Source of the DNA: Rhina ancylostomus
Lineage: Eukaryota
Assembly: GCA_030265395.1 (NCBI GenBank)
Contig: JARFYF010000094.1
Coordinates: 18,800,557 to 18,864,556 of the forward strand
Direction: 5' to 3'
Length of the DNA stretch: 64,000 nucleotides
The notes beneath the pieces were generated by a model. That model saw only the letters and a list, made by a program, of their open reading frames with translations. It had not been told where the DNA came from and did no database searches. Shown here in pieces: positions 14,293 to 26,281 of the stretch; position 1 is the stretch's first letter; each line of letters opens with the position of its first letter. The position numbers were made by a program, and so were the translations under genes.

Positions 14293-14362
14293 CATGCTGA
14301 GGATTATTGCAGGACTCCAGAGTGCTGAGCAAGATTTTTCCTAGTGATCTCCTGGACACATT
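14293..14362 (-). CDS. EFCC1: EFCC1 coding exon (probable exon 6), 70 nt
   Basis: Acceptor ttattttatctag| and donor G|gtgagt. Encodes NVSRRSLGKILLSTLESCNNPQH. Confidence 0.93.
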
Positions 14363-14617
14363 CTAGATAAAATAAGGATTTTATTGATTACATTGTAAAA
14401 TGAAAATATACTTAATTAACATTTTGGCACTCAAATACTTTCGAAGTCACATTTAATAACCCCCATGGTGTATTCATTTCTACACAGGCTGAAACTCCTA
14501 TCTTTTTTCTGAAATGTAATAAATCAATCCTAATGCACAACTGGAAATGAGATTTTCCTTATCGAGAGAGCCCGTTGCATTAAATTACTGAAAGTTGTCA
14601 GAGCATCATTCACTCAC

Positions 14618-14776
14618 AAGGTCACGTAATTGCTGCAGGAGCTGCAGTACATCCATCAGCTTTTCTTCAATCAGTGACAGACGTACTCTCTCAGTCTCCA
14701 ACATCTGCAGCTCCATCTGCAGCAGTTCTGTCTCATCCACTTTGCGCTGTAGTTCACACAGTAGTGACCCCTTCAG
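14618..14776 (-). CDS. EFCC1: EFCC1 coding exon (probable exon 5, coiled coil), 159 nt
   Basis: Acceptor tttgcttttcag| and donor CTT|gtgagt. Encodes [53 protein letters not shown]. Confidence 0.95.
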
Positions 14777-16189
14777 CTGAAAAGCAAATAGGAAAACACA
14801 GTTACACTTCTAAACTTATAAACAGTTACACAGTGGCTCTGTCGTAGAATTTCCCATGATGGACTAAAGGATTTGCTGAAGGATATTTATGCCTTTTTGA
14901 GGACACCATCAGTTACAGGATAGAATAACTGAAATTCCAATTTCTACTTTATGCTTTTGGGATTAAGGTCAACTATTTTATTGAAACTTTAAATGTGTGA
15001 CATGTAATTAAAAATATAATTCTTATCCCTTCTTGTTTCTGAAACTGAGATTATGTGGTAAAATTTAATGCAAAAGGTATCAAAAGGTAGAAATTTGTAG
15101 AATATGCGTATGTGCATTATACTCTGCTTCCAAAATTCCATACCATTGAAGTCTACGGAAGCAGGATCCAATGTACATAAACTACACTTTAGCACAAGCA
15201 TCCAAGGATGAAATATTATATCATATTGCACCATGGGGCACACCACTGACAAGTGGTGCTGGGGTTCAGCAGCAAAGCACGAGAAACCCAGGGCTTGGTG
15301 GAACTGGAAATGCGAGGCCTGAACTTTGACAATAACACACTGAGATACTGGAAGGGTAAGGAGTCTTGATCTGGCCCAGCCTTTCTCTCAGTGATGGCTT
15401 GCTGGTGATCAGGAGGGGAAGCAATAAATAAAAGAAATCTCAGAAAATAAAAGAAAATAAAAGGTTCTTTTAGAACTGAATTGCCAGATGATATTTACAT
15501 TCACAATAAAATAGCAGCTATTAAATGCTGAACTAGCTATTAAATGTCTTATTATATATTTCATGAGAAAACGAACAGATAAAGGGAACACAGATCCATT
15601 ACAAACAGGTGCAGTTCCAACTATGAGGAGAAATTGGGAGAAACCTGTCTTATAAAATGAGTACAATGGGCCACATTATGTTTGACTCAACCCGCGCTCA
15701 CCCACACTCTCCCCGCGGTTGCACAGACCTTTGCAGCCCCACAGGACAAATTGAGAATCAGGCCTCACTGCTGCAGCTGTTCTGTGAAGCCAAGTGATTA
15801 GTGATTAGAATTTAGCCTTGGGCAGTGGATCCTAAGTCCCTGCACCCAGACTGCTTTGGTAGCCCTTGTCCAGCTCAAGCTGTCAAAGGCCTTTTCGACT
15901 GTTTCTAAATGTCTTTCCTAAAAAGTACCACATTGATTTATAGACACATTTAACTGAAATAATTAAAATCATTAATATTACTTAAAATAAAAAAGCGCAA
16001 CCACTTACCTTCAATTACTTTTACCAACCAGGTCAGTGACCCCATTCAAGTGAATGGGGCCACTGCTGGAATAAAGCTAAGCAGCAATGTACAAAGTGTA
16101 TCCAGCTCTTCAGTGCAGTACAACTGAGCTCTGCCAGTTGGCTCAGTGCTGAAGGAAGGACAGAGGTTCTGGCATCTGAACCCCCATCT

Positions 16190-16770
16190 GAATCTCCTCT
16201 ACAATCCACAGGCACAGAAATCATGAATTATCTGATCTACACCATGCTGTTAACCAGTGCCTCTCAACAGAACTGCTGGCTTAAACCGAGAACGTCTCTC
16301 ATTATTCAGTATAGTGAGTTCAGGAAACCTAAAAGTTAGTTGGAGTAAGGAATTTAGTGGATTTAGTAGAGATTACAATATTTCAATACGGAAGTATGTG
16401 CTTTCCAAAGAAAGCAATGGATTAGTTAAAGCTCAGCCCTTCCTAATTGTGGAATTTTTTTGAAGATGTGTGTATATAGGGAAGTGTCCATAGATTTTTT
16501 TAATGGGGTTCACAGAAGAAATTTGGCAATATGAATTACTTCAGCTGAAATGAAAGTATACAGAATTGGAGGTAACCTTATGACTTTTATTAGGTTGGAA
16601 TGTAGGAGGTTGAGAGAAGAGATAAAGAGAATATTCTGAGTTTGGCAGGATATGGTAATTGATGGATTTGTACTGGATTCTCAGCTTTTCACCAAACATA
16701 CTTATGATGAAAAATAGGGAATTAGAAATTGAAGTTTGCAGTTTACATTAAGTTAGGCAAGGCTGTATAA
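16190..16770 (+). mobile_element. Highly degraded CR1-type RT fragment
   Basis: Remnants resembling QHGF-x-K, vD-vY-DF and KFADDTKLG nucleotide patterns, with many stops. Confidence 0.45.
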
Positions 16771-18042
16771 TGGGAACAGGAAATTTAACTAGTTTCTCTT
16801 TTCATTGCTGCTGCCTTTTCTGGTTTTTTTTTCTTCATGAATTTGTTTTCCTCTCTCATGTGCTGCTGATTTTTTGTTCTCCATCCTCCCTAGTGCTGTT
16901 AGTTTCTTTCGATCCCTTCTGTGCTTCCACCTCCTCAAGTCATTCTGAATTATTTTTCTTTCTCCTCTTAAGAAACATTGCTCCAGCCTTTCTTAAATGT
17001 TGGTTCATAGCTACTACCTGTTTGCACTGTTGTTATGATGTATACCATCAAGGGAAATTCTCCGAATTCCCATCCACATTTTATAGCAATTGCCACAGCA
17101 ATACCAGCTGAAAGGAGTTTGACAGTAGTTTGGCAAAGAAGAACAGAGTCAAAATGGAGTTGTCAGTCTTTAACTGATGGTTATGTATAAAACTATACTC
17201 TATAACATTAAGAACTAATGTTAAATTTTAAATTTCTAAGAAAAGGCTTTTTAACAAACTTGTTAATCCAAATAAAATTGTAATCAAAGGAATTTAAGAA
17301 ATTGGTGCTGATACAGGTGTCACAGTCACTATTTCAAGTTATTTAGCTCCAGATATCGTGTTTTCTTTCTGAAAGATTTAAAATTATTAAATCAAATAGC
17401 TCTATCTTGCATCAGAACCTAGTGGGGAAACAGTTCGATTTTATATTTGGGTTACATCTGACAAGGATCATTTTTTAAAGTGTTCAGTCAATGAAACCTA
17501 ACTGAAGGAAGGTTCATTTTCTCATATCATTGATGGAACTGTCTGATCTCTAAAAGTTGGCTTTGAGACATTGATAATTAACAAATATCAACCAAAACTG
17601 AGTTAGGCTATTGCCATGAAGTTTGATTTTTAAAAGGAATCTAAGCGAAGGAGGATGAGGAACTAGTAAAATAACCACTTGAAATAATCACTGCTCCATG
17701 CCTGAGGTGTATTACAAATTTTTAACTAAAACAGGATGATGTGGTGTTTGGACAGATTTGAAGTTCAGTACATGTCAATCCTCTATAACGTTTTGCAGAG
17801 ATCCATGTTCTGAGTTCTCCAGGAATTAGTGCACTTTTGCAATAACGTGGTTGTAAGCTTCTTGGTAGGGTGCTGTAGTTACTTTTACTATCTAAGAGCA
17901 TGTCCACACTTCATTCACAAGAATGGATAGAATTTCAGTCTTGTTGCAAAAGCATACCTAGTAAAATTTATCCTCTATGTAATAAGAGTCCTGTTCCAAG
18001 TTGCATTCTTTCTATGGCAGACAAATATGAAACCAATGCAAT

Positions 18043-18395
18043 AAAAATGGAAAATGCTGGAAATACTTGGCAGGTTAGGCACACCGCCTTCCTTCAGATG
18101 GATCAGCTATGAATAACAAGCCTGCTCCACTCCCTTTCAGCTGACAACATCACCATTCATGCCATTTTGTTTCCCTTGGGTCTCCACCTTATCAGAAACA
18201 TTCCCTTTGTTCCCTTCAGCCCTCCCCCTTCTCTGCAACTTAAAGCATGTTCGATTTTCAAAATTTTGCCCCTTCTGATGGAAGATCATTGATCTGAATG
18301 ATTAACTCTCCTCCTCTTTCAGCAGATACTGACTAACCTGCTGAGTATTTTCAGCATTTTGTTTTCATTTCTGATTTCCAGCATCTACATTTTTC
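18043..18395. mobile_element. Penelope pseudo-LTR-derived element with inverted ends and a degenerate hammerhead motif
   Basis: aaaatgctggaaatact..caggttag at the left pairs with ctaacctgctgagtattttcagcatttt at the right. CTGATG..AGATC-att-GATCT-GAA lies at about 18275-18298. Confidence 0.65.
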
Positions 18396-18538
18396 TATTT
18401 TATGAGAATGAAGGATTTGAATCATTGCATCAAAATTTGGTTCAACGATGCTTTAACAACGACAGCACCCCTTGAATATTTTTGCCATTACACTTTGCTG
18501 ACATAAAAGAAATGCATTAAAATGTTCCAATTTGTCAC

Positions 18539-18704
18539 CTGATCAATGTTGGTCTCCATTTGCTGGGTTTCATATTCCTTTAACTCCAGTTGTTCCTTTA
18601 ATTTTGCCACTTTTTCAACCAGTTCCCAAACCGCACTGTTGCTTTCATCACAGTGTATGTTCCCAAACTCTGATAGTAGCTTTCTTACAGTTTTATCATC
18701 ACAG
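18539..18704 (-). CDS. EFCC1: EFCC1 coding exon (probable exon 4), 166 nt
   Basis: Acceptor gttttcacag| and donor CAG|gtgaca. Encodes CDDKTVRKLLSEFGNIHCDESNSAVWELVEKVAKLKEQLELKEYETQQMETNIDQ (inside track ORF 18488..18721). Confidence 0.9.
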
Positions 18705-19364
18705 CTGTGAAAACATAACATGTAATAGAACTATCATGGGGCTGAGGATACTATCCATGTGCACAATTTTTTTTAAAAAGCTGTTCAGTTAAAAGATCCA
18801 TGATTTGGTGTCAAAATAACAATGAGGCTAATAGTGTTCATTGTTATTTCTTTTGGAAATTGTGCAGTATTCCAGGTGTAGCAGGCATATTGTTCAATGT
18901 GAGAATCCAAAAGCTGTTGTCTGTATTGCACCACTCTGACACTAGCTTTGCATTTAGTAGCTAACCATTAAAATGCAATCAATTGCACGATGTTGCAGTA
19001 TTTGCACAATAGATTTAAACTGAAACCACTACAGAAAGTTAGGTCTTGTCCACTTTTTTGTATTAACATAATGTTAATTATTGCCAAACAATCTCTCTGA
19101 CACTGACTATTGCAACCTTTTGTTAACTATCTTTCATGTTTGTTTAAGATTTTAGAAATATCAAATTTACACTCTTTTCTTAGAAGCAACTCTTCTTTCT
19201 CTTAATCTGATCTTTCTTTCCCTCTCTTCATTTCCCTTTCTGTAACAAATTTCACCCATTGCAATTCACACTTCATTCTTAGTCTTTGGTCTAATGGGCC
19301 AGATGATGTTTATAACCGGCTCACGGTTCTATAGAAAACTAGTTTCAGTATGTGTATCAGTGTG

Positions 19365-19560
19365 TCATAGAGTCATACGGCGTGGAGACCGATCCTTTGG
19401 CCAACTGAGTCTGTGTCTGTATCTGTGTCTGCTATCAAGCACCCATTAAACTAATCCTGTTTCTCTTTGTTCTCATCATATTTCCATCAGCACCCCCCAG
19501 ATTCTACCACTCACCTATATACAATGGACAATTTACTGTGGCTAACTAATCTACCTAGAT
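19365..19560 (-). mobile_element. HE1-type SINE 3' fragment
   Basis: Antisense CR1-like tail (catagagtcatacggcgtggagac..ctttggcc) plus body sequence resembling 800-950. Confidence 0.6.
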
Positions 19561-20309
19561 CTTCATATCTGCACACTGCAGCCTGGGATTACTGAATGTG
19601 CTGGTGAATGAGAGCTTACAACCTCTGCTCCTCCAATGGACTTAGAGGGTTCAGATTGTACTGAGCTTGGGGGCTGACCTTCATTAAAAATGTAAATGAA
19701 GTAAGGTCATTATTTCCCTTCTCTTATTTGATTAATATTCATGTCTTTAATTACTTCCCTATGTTAAATGCACTTTTACAAAATTTGTATTTTTATATAT
19801 TTTTAAAAATATTTTCAAATTAACTTCCATGATTTTCAATTGTTTTTGGAGACAGTGAAAAAAAGCCTTTGATAGCACAAGCAGTCAGACAATCACTTGG
19901 ACAGTCTGGGGGCAGGTTTTCATGTTCCTCTGCCTGAGGCCTAATTCCCATTCATTGCTATTTCCAACTCACAGGGTGGATGTGGAAGCCTCCATGACAT
20001 TGTGAGTCATGTGGATGCAAGCATTAGGGACCAAGGGACTAGTGTAAGGGGTGTGCTCAAGGCAAGGGTCACGTGGAGAACCGTTTGTGCCAATACGCCC
20101 AAATTGTTCATTCTGATTTGTTAAGAAAATACATAGTTACCTTCCCTGTTAAATTAGGGTAACTGGTTTTGCTCAATGCAAAGCTAACAATTAGCACTTT
20201 TGACTATTTGGGGCTCAAAGCATCATTATACAAAATATCCAGAAGCAAATCTAACTAATGCAAATGCTGGCCAACGTTGTCCTAGTATAGTTCAATAATA
20301 TGCATTCGT

Positions 20310-20455
20310 AGATTCATAGAGTTTTACAGCACAGAAACAGGCCCTTTGGTCCAATTGGTTCATGCTAACCAAGATGCCTATCTAAAATAATCCCATTTGC
20401 CCACATTTGACTCATATGCCTCTAAACTTTTCCTATCCATATACCTGTCTAAGTG
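20310..20455 (-). mobile_element. CR1 3' terminus
   Basis: catagagttttacagcacagaaacaggccctttggtcc is the antisense CR1 3' tail. Confidence 0.75.
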
Positions 20456-20524
20456 GAAAACAATTCACACAATCTGCTAATCTAAAAGAAGCCATAATCC
20501 AGCCTTCTTTTTATTTCTCCATGG

Positions 20525-21545
20525 AATGTGGATGTCACTGGTAAAATCAGTAGTTATCGNNNNNNNNNNNNNNNNNNNNNNNNNNNNNNNNNNNNNNNNN
20601 NNNNNNNNNNNNNNNNNNNNNNNNNNNNNNNNNNNNNNNNNNNNNNNNNNNNNNNNNNNTGGATGTCACTGGTAAAATCAGTAGTGATCGTGTTGACTCC
20701 CAATGACATTGGCTTACTCATCTTAGAGCACAGTTAAGGGTCAACTACATTGGTGACTGTAGAGAATTATACAGCTAAAGAGTGGCAACTTTCCTACCCT
20801 GAAGGACATTAGTGAAGCAAATTTTTATAACAATCGAGATTATAATCCACAATCCACTTTCATCAGACCTCAGCTGGAGTACAGTTCTGGTCACCACACA
20901 AAAGGAAAGATACAAAAATGCCAGAGAAGGTGCAGAGGAGAGTTTGGAGGATGTTACCTGGGATGAGTGTTTTAGTTATGAGGAGAGACTGGAGAGAATA
21001 GGTCTGTTTTCCCTGGAGAGGAGAAGTTTAAGAGGGGACATGATTGAACTATGAGGTAGGCTAGCCTGAAGGAATCTTTTCCCCTTATCAGAGATGAGTA
21101 AAATGAGAGGACATAGATTTAGGGCAAGGGGTAAGAGATTTAGAGGTGAACTAAGGGGAAGCTCTTTCACCCAGAGTGGTGAGTACCTGGAATTCACTGA
21201 TGAGAGAATGGTGGAAGCAGAGTCACTCACAGCATTTAGGAGGTGTCTAGACAAGCAACATCTAGACATCTTGAATTACCTGGGCATTGAAAGCTATGGA
21301 CCAAGTGGTGGAAGATGGGATTAATACAGATAGGTGCCCACTGATCAGCATGGATGTGGTGAACTGAATAGTGTCATAGGATCATACACCTGCTTCCATG
21401 GTGTATGGCTCTATGACACCATTATAGAAACTTACATTAAAAAGTATTTAATTACTTGAATGTAAATTCCACAGCTGCAGCTGTGGAATTTGAACTCATG
21501 TTTCTGGATTAAAACACCAGGCCACTGGAAACTAATAATTTAATC
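20525..21545 (-). mobile_element. Older tRNA-derived SINE split by a CR1 insertion
   Basis: Body (ttcctaccctgaaggacattagtgaa..acaatc) at about 20730-20860 and antisense head (gtggaatttgaactcatg..ctggatt) at about 21420-21545 flank the CR1 at 20862-21417. Confidence 0.5.
20862..21417 (+). mobile_element. CR1 LINE 3' fragment
   Basis: FSYEERLERIGLFSLERRSLRGDMIE and RGHRFRARGKRFRGELRGSSFTQ motifs, ending in a ctctatgac tail. Confidence 0.9.
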
Positions 21546-21679
21546 TGCAAATTATTTACTTATGATCCCATACACCTGGAAAAAAAATCAAAATAGTGCA
21601 GCTTAAAGTTTCTTCTCTTCCAAGCTGTGCACTGAAAGACACTGAAACCTCATGCTAGACGAGCAACCAAGAGTCACCA

Positions 21680-23283
21680 TGGCAGTAAGAGGAAAAATAA
21701 CCGTGAAATCATCAGGCTATTGTTAAAGCCTGGATGATTCAACAATTCATTAGGCACTAGGACTAAAAGTGCTGTACCCTCCTTATCCGCTACTTCCCCT
21801 AAGATGCGACCCAGGAGCGAACAAAGGGAGCGAACAAAACTTCTAGCTCTCTTGAGACCCATGTGGGTTATAAGCTAGCGTCACATGTGGGTCAGGTGTT
21901 TTCAAAAGTAGGTCAAAAATCTCCGTCTGTGAAGTCCACCGTCCACCACTGAGGAGGCTGTTCAATCCAGAGTATCCTCAGGGGTCCAGGGCCATTAATG
22001 ATAATTCCTTCATCCAGGCATTGCATTTTGAGTCGGAGAGAGCAGAGCAGGTTCCTCCAGGACAAGTTAACCCCTCGGTCTGGGGTTACTGCGAATTAGA
22101 TCAGACATTACTGGTATCCAAATCCCACTTGTGCAGGTTCAATTAAGGGTTGGGATCTTTCCTGTCCCTCCAATCCGCTGAATAAAACCGTGGCCGTGGA
22201 CAGTGCAAAATCATGTTGGGCGATACAAGGAGCTTCTAGGTCGAGGTATTGGCCTCCGTATCTGTTATAGGATCGCTTTTCCCTCAACGAATAAATTAAC
22301 GATGGGTTCATCGTCCGGGTTGTCGGTGAGAGCAGGACAAATGGAATGGCAAGTCGTCACAGCTGGTCAGGCGGAAAAGAGGTTGATAGTTGAAAAAAGG
22401 ATGACATTTACCGGGGGATGCAGCTGGCTGTTGGCGGTAGTGGGGGCAGTCCCGCCGCCAATGGTTAGGTGCTCCGCTAAGGTAGCATCCTGTCGACCTG
22501 ACACTCGCCGGTGCGGATTGTTGGGGTCCCCTGGGTTCTTGGTAATAACGAGGGGGCGGTGGTGGCGCGTAAGTGGGTCGGTACGCTGGGGGTCTTGGGT
22601 CGTTGGGGTGAATTTGATACCCTTTACCAGACCGGTCAACCCCTCCTGAAATGTAAAACTGCGGTTCCATTTGATATCCGTATTATTGCTGCAGGCAGGT
22701 AGGGACCAAGGTGATTCTCTACCCTTTCCTGTTTTACTCTGATGGCTTTTGAATCGCGCCCGTTGCTCCAGAATTGGACACGGGCCCTCCTCATGGCTTG
22801 TCGAGTATGGTTAGTCCAAATGATATTATCAGTGCGGAAAGCTGACTCCACTACCTCAGGAATACTTTGTAGTAGGAGGACATTAAACTACAGTGAGGCA
22901 TTGCCTCTTCTGTTGGCAACGCCCCCCACATAGGTACTGTAAAGTGAACAGAAACGGTCCCAAAAATTTGGGCCGTCTTCTCCCTGGTTCGGTCGGCAAT
23001 CCAAAACCTTAGTTATGTCAGTAGGCTGTTGGAGGGTTTTGCGAAGGGAAATTCTTGTGGTGGTTACCTGATCCTGAGGCCGGACTGCCGCCTGAAAGAC
23101 TGTCCAGTCCACAGAGTTTCCCAGGTCTTCTTTCCACCTTTCCGCCTCATTAGTTGTATGGACCATGCAACAATGCAACAAAGACTGAATAGGTTTTGGT
23201 GTGTGTGTGTGTGTTGGGGGGGTGGGTGGATGTCTTGGTACGTCTGAATTGTTCCGATCACATAATCTATGAAAGCCTCCCGG
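21680..23283 (-). mobile_element. Endogenous retrovirus fragment (gag capsid/nucleocapsid and protease), class I (gamma/epsilon)-like
   Basis: MHR-like DCRPNQGEDGPNFWDRF, proline-rich PPAY/PPPPPRY, zinc knuckle CYLSGAPNHWRRDC (22446-22487), then protease EPIVNLFVEGK..DTEANTS..GVNLSWRNLLCSL. Disrupted by stops and frameshifts; CpG-rich; the 5' part runs into a gap. Confidence 0.85.
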
Positions 23284-23813
23284 NNNNNNNNNNNNNNNNN
23301 NNNNNNNNNNNNNNNNNNNNNNNNNNNNNNNNNNNNNNNNNNNNNNNNNNNNNNNNNNNNNNNNNNNNNNNNNNNNNNNNNNNTTTAGTGGTTATTTTGG
23401 ATCTTATGTTTTATTCAATTTCCTCTTCTCCTTTAGGTTAAAAACAATATACTTGACATTTTCCTGACTGTTCATCTTGGCCATTTGCAAAATATGCCCC
23501 CTTAGATCAACTACTGGCACAGGAATCACATTGTGTGGATTTTGCAACACTGAACTAGTTTTATCCCTGTTTACCAAATATTACATCAGCAATGAAATTG
23601 CCTCCATCTTAATACTTGTTTCAAAACTTAAGCTGTATTCTCTCTGAGAGAATTAAGGAGGTTTGGCATTCCTCAATCTATGGGACTGGGGGGATTGGAG
23701 GTAGATGATTACTCAGAAACAGGGACGCATGTCCCTTCTGTTAGGTTTTTACATTTGTTCGCAATGAGCAAGCTAATGTTCTATGGTTACTTAAGTTCAG
23801 CAGTTCTACTCAC

Positions 23814-23949
23814 CCATTCCCACAGCAACAGAGCCGGTTCAAAAGTTTCTTCAATTCTTTCACCTGGGTCTTCTGATCTTCAGTCCACTTCTCATCCTCC
23901 TCATCTGAGGCAGCTTGACCTTCTACTGAGCGGAACAGCTGTTCTTCAA
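23814..23949 (-). CDS. EFCC1: EFCC1 coding exon (probable exon 3), 136 nt
   Basis: Acceptor ccttctctacatcaactag| and donor GG|gtgagt. Encodes [45 protein letters not shown]. Confidence 0.92.
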
Positions 23950-26135
23950 CTAGTTGATGTAGAGAAGGCAACACTTAATGTCATTTAAATTTTTAGATCT
24001 GCAACACTTCAGTACCAGGATGTGATTGCACTATTCATTTTTCTGGAATTGTTCAGATACTTAGCTTACAAAATTAATTACACACAAAACTATAAACTAT
24101 TTATAGGCACTGGCAGTTCAGAATTTTCCCAAAGCTTCTTGTCTTTGAGATTTTGGCTTAGAAATTTAAGAACTACAAGCCTTNNNNNNNNNNAGATGTT
24201 GCTCCAGTGAAAAATACATCAGGATAATATGATAATTGCACATAATAACTCACATGTCAGGAATCAAAACATTTAAGATATATGAGTGAATAAATATTTC
24301 TTCTGTTCTGACTGTAACAGCTTGGACAGGAAAAGCAAAAGTCAGAATCTGTTGAATATTCAGCACTGTTTTAAACACTGTAAAATGTTAAATATGAGCT
24401 GTGCATTTTGCAATTGAATAATAAAGTAGCTGGATCTGGACCTCTTCATTATTAAAAATTATATTGAATATAGTTTGCACATGTCTTTAGAGTTTTGCTC
24501 TGGTTTAGAAATAAGAAAATATTATGAGATCTATTTCACAAACCTATATTATGATTGTGATCCTGAAGTAAAAATTCTAGAACTGCTGTATAAATAGGGA
24601 TTATTAATCATAATCTGCTTTACATGCATTTCTGATGTGCATTTGTATGGGTTTTTGTTTGCATTAATACACGTGGTTTACAACTTAAAGTTTACTATGA
24701 ATGGGCTCATAAAAGATTTAGTTTTCAGCCTTGTTGCATCATTATCCCCTCATGGCAGTATCGGTCTCTGACTCAAACATTTGCTCTTGTTTGTATCAGA
24801 CAATCCTGATGTCTGCATTGCCCTTCATTTTACTGAGAATGATTGCTGAGATATAATTCCTTTCACAATAACCACAAAAGGCATTATCCTCCATACCCTT
24901 TTCATAACTTTACAAGGCAAAACATTAACTACATTACATATATTGTAGAGTACTAGCATTTTTTCTTATCCATATTTAAGTGAGTAGTTGTCCTTAAAAA
25001 GCAATGTCTAACTTAATCTAAAACATATTGTCTTTCCTTAAAGTAACAATATATTTCCTATTGTACCATGATTCCTGTTCAGGCACCAGTACAGGTCCAT
25101 TTGCTGTCTAACTGGATTTTGATAATGTTTCTTTTCCTGGATGATTTTACCCCTATTTTCCATTTTTCTGCCATCACAGAGCAATTTTGCATCTTAAGTT
25201 TTTCCCATTTGTCCCAACTTATCTCTTCCCACTTCATCGGAAGATTTTTCCAATCTCTCTGAGTTAATTAATTTAACGGAGTTAACACCAGAAACATCAG
25301 GCCTACCAAAGCTCCCACTTTTGGGTGCAGGAAACTTAGGGAGGACTGTGTCTCACGAAGTGATACTTATGCATTTGGGCGCTGGGTAGGCTATAACATT
25401 AAAGGAGTTCCAATGGTGAAAACTGCATCATAGTAACAGCAAGAACAACAATCTACCAAATAGCTGTTGGAGTGGGACTTTGAGGTTCTGCAATGTGGTA
25501 GTTCCAAGGGTAACTGCAGGGTTAGACTTGGATACAGGAAGGCAATGAGAAAGTTGAACGGTAGTGCAAAAGGAGCTAACCATAGGCAGCTGCACTCAAT
25601 TCAGCTCATATTGGCAAATAATCAGGCAGCTGTATTGTTCTATTGCCACTCAGGGTACCTTTCAAAGTATGACTGCAGGCATGCAACTGTGAAACAACTA
25701 AGAAACAATCAGGAAGAAAACCATGCCCTGAATCTATGTATTCACAGGAACTAACTAACAAATTCCCCTGAATAGATCAAAATGTTGCAAATGACTCTTC
25801 AATCTTGCCTAGTAGTTTATAATCCAACCTGCCTATAGTCCTTTTCAGCAGGTACAATGGGTTAGACAATAACATGTAGATTGTTGGGCATGGATTTGAT
25901 TCTAGTCCAGGGCAGTAGGATGACAGACTGCTCTATTGATAACATGCGGATGAGGAACCCCATCAAAAGTGATCCCAATAAATAGCAAATAAAAGAACTA
26001 AATTAGAATTGAAAGAGTAAAATGAAATGAAATAAATTAAACAAATATGGAAAATAGATGAGAGGAAATAAAGGTGCTTCTGCTTAAATAATACATAGCA
26101 GAATTTTGCAATGAACATCCTCCAAATGTTCTTAC

Positions 26136-26281
26136 CGTTATAAGCTGATGTTTCTGTATCGCCTGTTGGTGATCTGCGTTCCTGATGCACTGGAAGACAT
26201 CCCTTCCATTCATACAATGCAAGAGGAGGCCTCCCCTCCAGAGGATTTGACTGTAGGAATTGAAACTTCATGACCTCTGAC
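26136..26281 (-). CDS. EFCC1: EFCC1 internal coding exon (probable exon 2), 146 nt
   Basis: Acceptor ttttcttttag|G and donor G|gtaaga. Only the phase-2 frame is open: SEVMKFQFLQSNPLEGRPPLALYEWKGCLPVHQERRSPTGDTETSAYN. It exits in phase 1, matching the next exon. Confidence 0.8.

Larger units (their letters stand above)
6973..26281 (-). other. EFCC1: EFCC1 gene, coding exons 2-7 (5'-partial; N-terminal EF-hand exon lies outside the window)
   Basis: Six exons with canonical AG/GT sites join in one open frame (phases 2-1-2-0-0-1). The product contains [68 protein letters not shown] and the C-terminus NPLLISC*, which match the C-terminal half of vertebrate EFCC1/CCDC48 as I remember it. Confidence 0.9.

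Noticed and set aside
14595-14780. Ser/Cys-rich plus-strand ORF
   Set aside because: Antisense shadow of the EFCC1 coiled-coil exon.
20528-20690. tggatgtcactggtaaaatcagtagt repeated on both sides of an N gap
   Set aside because: Typical contig-overlap artefact at a scaffold gap; not evidence of a real duplication.
22203-22649. 148-aa plus-strand ORF
   Set aside because: Antisense shadow of the GC-rich ERV gag region, with no recognisable motif.
25280-25760. Possible further Harbinger remnants (also about 7900-8500 and 35820-36110) and LINE remnants (about 51500-52300 and 61400-62600)
   Set aside because: Too decayed to classify by eye; would need RepeatMasker or tBLASTn.
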